Assembly: GCA_963707025.1 (NCBI GenBank)
Contig: CAVPOM010000005.1
Span: 448,001 to 512,000 of the forward strand
Direction: 5' to 3'
DNA length: 64,000 bases
DNA from: an uncultured Verrucomicrobiae bacterium
Lineage (GTDB): Bacteria > Verrucomicrobiota > Verrucomicrobiia > Limisphaerales > Palsa-1400
Shown here: positions 20,672-28,283 of the stretch, piece after piece
Layout of the letters: every line of letters starts with the position of its first letter
Position numbering within the stretch: the first letter of the stretch is position 1
Translations under genes and position numbers: made by a program
The notes under the pieces: model-generated
Databases searched by the model: none
Told to the model about the DNA's origin: nothing
What the model saw: only the letters and a program-made list of their open reading frames with translations

Positions 20672-20693
20672 AGGGGTCAAACCATGTATTTGC
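20671..20693 (-). repeat. Right copy of 23-bp inverted repeat bracketing the RHS array
   Basis: aaggggtcaaaccatgtatttgc. Confidence 0.9.
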
Positions 20694-21129
20694 ACAATGC
20701 AAACCGCATCCGATTGCGCATCAATGGCTTACAAGCCTCAGACGATGCGAATTCTCGCTGGCAAAACGCGGAATGGCACATTTGCATTTGTTCAAGGCTT
20801 AGGATTCTGCCCCGCCATGATTCTGCCGCCTCTCCATCGGCTATTACATGCACGCCGGCGGGCACGGGACCATTGCGTCGGACTGGGATGTTTTCCTCAA
20901 GTTCATGAAAACGCACTTGCAACCGGGAACCTGACCTCTCATCTCATTTCTAACTCCCCTTGCCCGGCGGCGGCGCCGCTTCATCCAGGTCGAGGCGGAG
21001 GTCATCGTAGATGACGCCGGCATTTCCCCGGCCCATCGCATAGCGTATCTCGATGTCCAAAATAAAATTCGTTTTCGGCCGCGCTCGTCAAGTCTCTTGC
21101 TCCGTCTTGGGCGCTTGCGCTGCAACGCG

Positions 21130-21231
21130 GGTCTCTCCACCAGCACCGTTAGTCTCGACGCCAAAATACTGCGCACGGCGTTGAACAGGGCGCGCCGGCA
21201 AGGGCTGATCCCCACCAACCCCGCCGAGGCC
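21130..21231 (+). pseudogene. Tyrosine recombinase (integrase) core-binding-domain remnant
   Basis: GLSTSTVSLDAKILRTALNRARRQGLIPTNPAEA matches the S.ST.....LR.AL..A...GLI..NP pattern of phage integrases. Confidence 0.65.
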
Positions 21232-21354
21232 GGCGCGTCTGTGGTTCCGACTGAGCTATCGCCGGTCGCATGCAAACCATTTTCTCCCTTTTGATTTGCA
21301 AATCGCGAATCAACAGGCCCGGTCATCTCAAGTTGTCTCAAACCGCTCATCTGT

Positions 21355-22041
21355 TTACAACCGCCTCGCATGTATCTGCGAATACATTTCAATCTTGTCG
21401 GCCAGGCTGGAGGCGCCCGCGCTGCGCGGAACTTTATGGCCGAACAAGATGTCATCCATGCTCAGGCGTTGCCCGTAATAGACGCGGTTGGCCTCGTCCG
21501 CCGGCGAAACGACCCCTCCTTTGATAGCTGCGCCTGCGTAAAGTCCTTGCCGATCGTCATAGACCAGGACCGATGGCGACGCCTGCGGCCCTGCTTCGAC
21601 GCCGCCGCTTTTATTGCCAGCCGTGCCGCGCGCTTCACCGCCGAACTCAAACTTCTGATCCAGCAACATCCGGGGGGCATTGGTGGTCATCAGGAGCACA
21701 ATGCAGAAGTGCTGTTCTGCACCAACCTGGAATCCCAAGCTGGCCTCATTGGCGTCCAGAAACGCGACCGGGCTCCATTTATCCAGCTTCGCATCCTTGA
21801 CCAGGGCCACCCCGCCACCGCCTTGATAGGCGAAGAGGAAGCCGGCTTTGGTGCGATCGAGGAGGATGATGCCTTGCGCCTGGCGCAGGGTTTCCGCCGG
21901 GATGCATTTGTCCGGCTGGTGTTGAAATGCGTCAAACTTATCCGTGAGTGCGCGGAGGCGGTTGTCCAACTCCTGCGGCTCAATGGCCAGCGCCGCAGTG
22001 GCCAAGCCCAGTAATACCAAACCAATGATTTTAGTTTTCAT
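21355..22041 (-). CDS. SYLF/Ysc84 lipid-binding domain protein, secreted
   Basis: Signal peptide; IPAETL..AQGIIL, KAGF...GGG, WSPVAF, ASLGFQVG, GLYAG, ANRVYYG; coupled to the upstream regulator. Confidence 0.88.
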   Translation of the reverse strand: MKTKIIGLVLLGLATAALAIEPQELDNRLRALTDKFDAFQHQPDKCIPAETLRQAQGIILLDRTKAGFLFAYQGGGGVALVKDAKLDKWSPVAFLDANEASLGFQVGAEQHFCIVLLMTTNAPRMLLDQKFEFGGEARGTAGNKSGGVEAGPQASPSVLVYDDRQGLYAGAAIKGGVVSPADEANRVYYGQRLSMDDILFGHKVPRSAGASSLADKIEMYSQIHARRL

Positions 22042-23408
22042 AGAATCTCAATCGGCTCCAAGTCCATCTTCTTGCGCTTGCGATAGACGGTGGCTTGATC
22101 TATCCCCAACACCCGGGCTGCTTCGGTGATGCTGCCCGTCCGTTCGAGCACTTTGCGGATGTGCGCTTCCTCCAACTTCTCCAGCGATACCATGTCCCCA
22201 GGCTGCGGTGATGTGGGCGTGGCCGCCAAGGCACTCTGTTCCTCCAACGGCAAATTTTCCGCTCCGATGTTTTCGTCGTTGCGCGCCAAGATCACTGCCC
22301 GCTCAATGGCGTTGCGCAATTCCCGCAAGTTGCCGGGCCAAGCATGCCGCCGGATCCGCCGCAGCGCTTCCGCGGAGAATCCACGCGCTTTCCGGCCGCA
22401 CTGAGCCGTAAAATGCTTCAGAAAATGCTCCGCAAACCGCTCCAGATCTCCGGGCCGGTTCCGCAACGGCGGCACCTCGACCGCAATGACGTTTAACCGG
22501 GAGTACAGATCTTCCCGAAACTGCCCCTGGCCGATGAGCTTCTTCAGGTCCCGGTTGCTCGCCGCGATCACCCGCAACTCCGCCTGCCGCGTCACATTCT
22601 CCCCCAACCTCTCATACTCCCGCTCCAGCAACAACCGCAACAGCTTGGGCTGTATCTCCATCGGCAAAGCGCCGATCTCGTCCAAAAACAACGTTCCGCC
22701 ATGCGCCTCCTTCACCTTCCCCCAGTGATCCCGCACCGCCCCGGTAAACGCGCCTTTGACGTGCCCAAACAAATCGCTTTCCAGCAATTCGCGGGAAAGA
22801 CCGGGACAACTGACCGTCACGAGAGGCTTGTCAGCCAAATGGCTTTTTTGATGGATGACGCGCGCGAGAAGGCTTTTGCCCGTGCCGCTTTCCCCAAGCA
22901 GCAACACCGAGGCCGAAGTCCGCGCCGCCGTCTCCACCATCTCCATGACCTCCCGCATCGGCCCGGTGGCAAAATCCAGCAGCAACTCCGGATTCTCCAT
23001 CCTGCTCTCCTTCACTTCCCTTTCCAGCCGCTCAATGCGCCGGCTCATCTGGCTGAACCGCTGCAGGCGGGCCAGCACCCGGTGGAACTGCTCGCGCGCA
23101 AAGGGTTTCTCCATGAAATCCACCGCCCCGCGCCGCATCGCCTCCACCGCCAAGTCCAGGCTCCCCTGAGCCGTCAACATCACGACCGCCAGGCTCGCCT
23201 GGCTGCGCAACATTTGTGCCGGCAAATCCAACCCGCTCTCCTCACCCAGGTTCGCATCCAGCAACACCGCGTCAAAATTCTCCTCCTTCAATTTATCCAG
23301 GGCCGCCGGACCAGACCCCGCAGGCTGGGCATAGTGCCCCTCCTCCTCGATCAGCAGACTCGCCGCATCCCGAAACGTCTTGTCGTCATCTACTACCAGA
23401 AAGTCCAT
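22038..23408 (-). CDS. Sigma54-dependent response regulator (NtrC/AlgB-like)
   Basis: Receiver domain (VVDDD, LLD), GESGTGKS, GAFTGA, FLDEIG, WPGNLREL, Fis-type HTH. Confidence 0.92.
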   Translation of the reverse strand: MDFLVVDDDKTFRDAASLLIEEEGHYAQPAGSGPAALDKLKEENFDAVLLDANLGEESGLDLPAQMLRSQASLAVVMLTAQGSLDLAVEAMRRGAVDFMEKPFAREQFHRVLARLQRFSQMSRRIERLEREVKESRMENPELLLDFATGPMREVMEMVETAARTSASVLLLGESGTGKSLLARVIHQKSHLADKPLVTVSCPGLSRELLESDLFGHVKGAFTGAVRDHWGKVKEAHGGTLFLDEIGALPMEIQPKLLRLLLEREYERLGENVTRQAELRVIAASNRDLKKLIGQGQFREDLYSRLNVIAVEVPPLRNRPGDLERFAEHFLKHFTAQCGRKARGFSAEALRRIRRHAWPGNLRELRNAIERAVILARNDENIGAENLPLEEQSALAATPTSPQPGDMVSLEKLEEAHIRKVLERTGSITEAARVLGIDQATVYRKRKKMDLEPIEIL

Positions 23409-23465
23409 AGAAACAGGGGGCGCATACGCGGTTGCTGCGCTCCATTTGCGCCTTTGGTTGATGCC

Positions 23466-23481
23466 AGCGAAATCCATGCCA
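23466..23481 (-). promoter_or_regulatory. Putative sigma54 promoter for the regulator-SYLF operon
   Basis: Minus strand TGGCATGGATTTCGCT, GG-N10-GC. Confidence 0.7.
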
Positions 23482-23526
23482 TGCAGAAGAGCAGCAGCCT
23501 GCAAGGAGGATTCAACCGGCCGCCGT

Positions 23527-23764
23527 TGCATTTTGCGAAAACGATCTCGCTATTCGCCGCATTCTGCAACGATCCATCAGCGCGGAGTGAAATTCGGATC
23601 GAGCCAGTACTTCAGAATAATCGCTTTCCAGTTCGATCCTGCCAAAAATGGATGCCCCGAATCATGACCAACTTTTCCTGAGCGCGCATCACATCGCTCC
23701 TGATTCGGGGAACGCGAGAATTGCAGAATGCAGGCTTGGCGCAAGCCGAACATGGCAAAATGCA
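23527..23764. promoter_or_regulatory. Two mirror-image pairs of putative enhancer (bEBP) sites
   Basis: tgcattttgcg 23527, cgcattctgca 23558, tgcagaatgca 23722, ggcaaaatgca 23754; spacing within pairs is 31-32 bp. Confidence 0.6.
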
Positions 23765-23842
23765 GAGGTCGCGCAGTTCTCTGCCCGAGGCAAACTAACG
23801 CAGCGCCCCGTGCGGTGACGGTTTTTCGGACCTCGAACAGTT

Positions 23843-23858
23843 TGGCATAGTTCCCGCT
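23843..23858 (+). promoter_or_regulatory. Putative sigma54 promoter for the coiled-coil gene
   Basis: TGGCATAGTTCCCGCT, GG-N10-GC. Confidence 0.6.
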
Positions 23859-23919
23859 TTAGCGTTGTTGGGCACGGCTGCAAGGCAAAGCCCGGAGCGA
23901 TAATCTAAATATCAATCAC

Positions 23920-24771
23920 ATGGACACAGAAATAAAAACGAAGGCGGGTTCTGCGGACTTGCCTCAACCAGGCTCTGGAGCGCCTGCTGCGCGGGCCAAA
24001 TCGAACGTTGTCCTCCTAGTTTTATGGGGGCTAAGCTGCCTAACCTTTGTCTGCATCTTGTGGGCGCAATACCAAAAGCGCGCCGAAGAGACGGAACAGT
24101 CGGTTCAAGCCATCGCCTCGTATTCCAATCATGTCGGCACCCTCGAGGACAAACTGGCCCAGCAAGTCAGCGTCAATAGCACCCTCGAAAGCAACCTCGC
24201 AGCCACCAAACTCAAGGCCTCCAATGATTTGGCCGCCATTGAAACCACCCTTTCCGCCACGACCTCCAGCCTTGAAAAAGCGCATGGCGAGGTCAAGAGC
24301 GCCGAGGCCGCCATGGCCGAGAAAGACAAAAAGATCGCCGATTTGGCGGACCAGAATACCGAGTTGGACAAGGAATCCTACGACTTGCGTGGTTCCATCA
24401 GCATCCTCGAAGGACAAATCGCGGCCACCCAAAAGAAACTGGATTCCTCTGAGGGCGACAAGAAGCTTCTGCTGGCAGAGTTGGCACGCCTCCAGACGCA
24501 AAAGGATGAGTTGGAAAAGAGGCTCAGCGATCTGGCTTTTCTCAAAGCCACGGTCAGGAAGTTGCAGGAGGATCTGGCCATCGCCCGCCGCTTGGACTGG
24601 ATCCGGCGCGGCATCTATGACGCCGTCGCCGAAAAAGGCGGCGAGCGCCTGCTTCATCCGATGCTGGCAGGTTCAGCCGCTGCCAACAACGCCCTGGACG
24701 TGGGCCTCCAGCAGAATGGCGGCGTCATGATCAACCCGCCCCCCTCCACCAATTCCCCGGCCGCCAGATAA
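23920..24771 (+). CDS. Membrane-anchored coiled-coil hypothetical protein
   Basis: One N-terminal TM segment followed by about 170 aa of heptad-rich helix. Confidence 0.75.
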   Translation: MDTEIKTKAGSADLPQPGSGAPAARAKSNVVLLVLWGLSCLTFVCILWAQYQKRAEETEQSVQAIASYSNHVGTLEDKLAQQVSVNSTLESNLAATKLKASNDLAAIETTLSATTSSLEKAHGEVKSAEAAMAEKDKKIADLADQNTELDKESYDLRGSISILEGQIAATQKKLDSSEGDKKLLLAELARLQTQKDELEKRLSDLAFLKATVRKLQEDLAIARRLDWIRRGIYDAVAEKGGERLLHPMLAGSAAANNALDVGLQQNGGVMINPPPSTNSPAAR

Positions 24772-24783
24772 AGTCCCACACGG

Positions 24784-26604
24784 CTAGCCGCCGGTATTCA
24801 ATACCACAAAAAAAGTGCTGCCCTGGCCGGGGATGCTTTTCACACCGATGCGCCCACCGTGGGCCACCGTGATTTCGCGGGCGATGGGCAATCCCAGCCC
24901 GGCGCCGTTCTTGTCCTGGCCGGGCACGCGGAAAAAGCGGTCGAAGACGCGGGACTGGTATTGCTCCGGAATGCCGGCGCCGTGATCGGTGACGCTGAAT
25001 TCGACGCTCCCTTGCCTGGTCCGCACGGCGCGGAGGATAATCTCGCCGCCCTCGGGGGAGTATTTGACGGCGTTGGCAATGAGGTTGGTAAAAACGTGGT
25101 CCATGCGCTGGCGGTCCACCGAGACAGACGGCAACTGCGGATCAACCACGCAATTGATCTTGATTCCCCTGGCGGACGCGCGGTCGGCCATTTGATCCCT
25201 CATGCTTTGCAGGAGTTCGACCGGGGCGACCTTCTCGCGGCGCAATGCCTCGCTGCCCTCCTCCAGGCGGGCCAGATCCAGCAGATCGTTCAGGATGCGC
25301 AACAACTTCTCGCTGTCGTCGCGCGCCGCCACGAGCAACTCCTCCTGTTTGGGCGTCAGGCCACCCAAAGTTTTTTCGAGCAGCAGATGCAGCCCCATGC
25401 GCACGCTGGTCAGCGGGCTTTTTAATTCGTGGCTGACCGTGGCCACCAGGTTGGTCTTGGCCGAATCGAGCAGACGGAAGCGGGTCACATCCTGAAGCAC
25501 CACGGCCACGCCGAATAACGCGCCTTCGCGGTCCTGCATGGCCAGGACGCGCGGGAGGAAGAATCTATCCGCCCCCTCGAAACGGAAGGTGAGGCCTTCG
25601 GAAAAGTCGTGCGGGAGAAAATTGCGGCCGCTGCTCAAAGCGGATTGGGCGAGGGACTGGAGGCGGACGGGCAGTTCATTGCCGAGTTGGAGCGCGGCAG
25701 ACAGGATGGTGGCGGCGGGATTCTTGAGTTCGATGCCACCTTCTTTGTTCAGCACAAATACCGGGTCGGGGAATGACGCCAGGGTGGCTTCCATGGTCCG
25801 ATGCAGGCGGACAATTTCCGACGTGGTGCTGCGGCGGTATTCCTGGAGCAAGCCGGCCATTTTGTTAAACGCCACGGCCAAAGCGCCCAGTTCATCATTG
25901 GCCAGCACAGGGACGGGTGCGCGCAGATTGCCGTCTCCCAATTCGCGGGTGGCGGCGGTGAGGTTGCGGATGGGCTGCAAAATGGAACGGCCAATCCGGT
26001 AACAGAAAAAAATGGAAAATGCCAGGACCACCGCCAGTCCAAAGGCCATCCAGCGGGTCATCTGGCGCACGGCATTTTGGACGTCATGGTCGGCGGCCAA
26101 AATGGCCTCATAATTCAGGCCGCGAATCTTGCCCAGTTCACTCCGCAAGCCGGCGACCAGGAGCAGAAAGGCCGAGCCCCGCAATTCACCTGTTGCGCCG
26201 GACGCCCGCGGGCGGATCGGGGCCGTGGCCGCGTCGTACAAATCGTGGTAGTCGGACGTCAATTGGCGCACCAAGGCTTGCTCCCCGGGCAGTGGCCGTG
26301 ATTTGGCGAGCAAGGCGAGGTTTTGCTCGAATTGACGGTTGTATTCGGCGAGGGCGTTTGTGGCGCTGTTCGGGCTGCCAGGCCCTGATGGAATAAATCC
26401 CTGCACCCATTCATCCAGGAGGGAGTTGATCGTTTGAATTGCCATGATACTCCGGTAATTTTCCTTCACCTTGGCGTCCACCCGGCCGGCGAGGCGCGAA
26501 AACGAGGCGATAGCGCAGATGCCCATCAGCAAAAACATGGCCACCAACGGCAGCAGGGTTAGAAGCAACCGGGTGCGCAAGGATGAATGCAAGGGCTGGG
26601 TCAT
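24784..26604 (-). CDS. Sensor histidine kinase (KinB-like; HAMP, PAS-like, HisKA, HATPase)
   Basis: Two TMs, HAMP (DELGALAVAFN), SHELKSPL, NAVKY, DHGAGI, GAGLGL. Confidence 0.92.
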   Translation of the reverse strand: MTQPLHSSLRTRLLLTLLPLVAMFLLMGICAIASFSRLAGRVDAKVKENYRSIMAIQTINSLLDEWVQGFIPSGPGSPNSATNALAEYNRQFEQNLALLAKSRPLPGEQALVRQLTSDYHDLYDAATAPIRPRASGATGELRGSAFLLLVAGLRSELGKIRGLNYEAILAADHDVQNAVRQMTRWMAFGLAVVLAFSIFFCYRIGRSILQPIRNLTAATRELGDGNLRAPVPVLANDELGALAVAFNKMAGLLQEYRRSTTSEIVRLHRTMEATLASFPDPVFVLNKEGGIELKNPAATILSAALQLGNELPVRLQSLAQSALSSGRNFLPHDFSEGLTFRFEGADRFFLPRVLAMQDREGALFGVAVVLQDVTRFRLLDSAKTNLVATVSHELKSPLTSVRMGLHLLLEKTLGGLTPKQEELLVAARDDSEKLLRILNDLLDLARLEEGSEALRREKVAPVELLQSMRDQMADRASARGIKINCVVDPQLPSVSVDRQRMDHVFTNLIANAVKYSPEGGEIILRAVRTRQGSVEFSVTDHGAGIPEQYQSRVFDRFFRVPGQDKNGAGLGLPIAREITVAHGGRIGVKSIPGQGSTFFVVLNTGG

Positions 26605-26647
26605 GGCGGCTCGATGGCGCGGCGGCGGGCGGCCTGGCTACGCCGGA

Positions 26648-28015
26648 TTACTGTTCAATCCTCTTTCGTTTTCTGTAGAGGGTGGCGGGATTGATGCCGA
26701 GGATGGTGGCGGCTTCCTCCAGGCTGGCAGCCTGGTCAATCACGCGGGCGATGTGTTCGGCTTCCAGTTCCTCCAGCGACACTTTGGCGCCAAGCTGGAC
26801 GCCGCTTTCCACCCCGGCCGCGGGATTTTGGGCAAATTGCTCGGGCAGATCATGAACTTCAATTCTCTCTCCGCACGCCAGGATGACGGCGCGTTCCACC
26901 ACATTCCGCAACTCGCGCAAATTGCCCGGCCAAGCATAATTCCGCAGCGCGGCCTGGGCCTCGGGTGAAAAACACTGGATCGGTTTGGCGCATTGCCGCG
27001 CGAAAAACTCCAGGCAGTTTTGGGCGATTCTCAACGTGTCGCCCGGTCGCGCCCGCAGCGGTGGCAGCGACAGGGAGATGACGTTCAGGCGGTAATAGAG
27101 GTCTTCCCGGAAGCGGCCTTGCTGGACGGCTTCCGGGAGGTTGCGGTTGGTGGCGGCGATGACGCGCACACTGGCTTTGCGGGTTTTCGTTTCTCCGACG
27201 CGCTCGAATTCTTTTTCCTGGAGCAAGCGGAGGAGTTTGGGCTGGATTTCGAGCGGCATTTCGCCGATTTCATCAAGGAAAAGGGTGCCGCCATCCGCCA
27301 CCGTCACCTTGCCCACTTTGTCTCCCACCGCGCCGGTGAAAGCGCCGCGCACATGCCCAAACAACTCGCTTTCCAGCAATTCGCGGGAAAGGCTGGGGCA
27401 GTTGACAGTGACAAACGCATTTTCCTTTTGCAGGCTGCCGGCGTGGAGGGCGCGGGCCAGCACCGATTTGCCGGTGCCGCTCTCACCAAAGAGCAGGATG
27501 GTGGCGGGGGTGGCGGCCGCTTTGAAGGCCAAGTCCAGGACTTTCTGCATGACTGGTTCGCAGGTGGCGAGGTCCGCCGCCGGGGCATCGGAACCGAGCC
27601 GCGATTCCAATTCGGCCAGACGAACCTGCAATTTGCGGCTCTCGACGGCCCGTTCCACCACCTGGCGAAGCTGGCTGGGGGTAAATGGTTTGGCGAGGTA
27701 ATCAACCGCGCCGCGGCGCATTGCTTCCACCGCTGTTTCAATCGTCGCGTAGGCGGTGAAGACAATCACCTGCAAACGCTGGTCGAATTTGAGAAGTTCG
27801 GGAAGGACCTCCAGTCCGTCTTCGTCGCCAAGTTTCAAATCCAGGAACGCGATGTCAAATTGGGCTTCTTCCATTTGTTTCAGCGCGGCCTCACGGCTGC
27901 TGACGCTGGTAATGTGATAACCGATTTCTTCAAAGGCCAGCGAGGTGGTGCGGCGGATATTCTCCTCGTCGTCAATGATCAACAGGCGCATGGCGCCATT
28001 GCCTGCCTTATTCAT
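26648..28015 (-). CDS. Sigma54-dependent response regulator (AlgB-like), likely cognate of the kinase
   Basis: Receiver, GESGTGKS, GAFTGA, FLDEIG, HTH; start could be 27991. Confidence 0.92.
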   Translation of the reverse strand: MNKAGNGAMRLLIIDDEENIRRTTSLAFEEIGYHITSVSSREAALKQMEEAQFDIAFLDLKLGDEDGLEVLPELLKFDQRLQVIVFTAYATIETAVEAMRRGAVDYLAKPFTPSQLRQVVERAVESRKLQVRLAELESRLGSDAPAADLATCEPVMQKVLDLAFKAAATPATILLFGESGTGKSVLARALHAGSLQKENAFVTVNCPSLSRELLESELFGHVRGAFTGAVGDKVGKVTVADGGTLFLDEIGEMPLEIQPKLLRLLQEKEFERVGETKTRKASVRVIAATNRNLPEAVQQGRFREDLYYRLNVISLSLPPLRARPGDTLRIAQNCLEFFARQCAKPIQCFSPEAQAALRNYAWPGNLRELRNVVERAVILACGERIEVHDLPEQFAQNPAAGVESGVQLGAKVSLEELEAEHIARVIDQAASLEEAATILGINPATLYRKRKRIEQ

Positions 28016-28283
28016 CCGCATACCGGTTGATTCTAACCCACTTTGCGTCAATCGGCAATCTTTCCATGCCACGGGCCGTGTCTTCATTTGAAAGTCCGGC
28101 AGATTTTTCCATGCAAATCCCTAATTCTCAAGGACTTTTAGGAATGTTTAAGTTGTTCCAAAGTCAATCTGGATGTTCACACTCCCGCCCACCCCTCTCA
28201 ACCATGGGATTTCGGTTGCGACGCTGACACGGCCATCCGCGTATTCGCCGTGGCCGGCCCGCGCCGGCAGCGCGAAGATCTGA

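Noticed and set aside
14030..20693. Tn3-family or composite transposon carrying the RHS array
   Set aside because: GGGG ends point outward from the array, repeats are only 23 bp, and no Tn3 transposase, resolvase or target duplication is evident
20773..20790. TGGCAC as a sigma54 promoter
   Set aside because: No GC at the -12 position
28174..28204. gttcac...ctctcaacca as a possible attR copy of the tRNA 3-prime end
   Set aside because: Too dissimilar to gttcaaatctcaccgccccgacca
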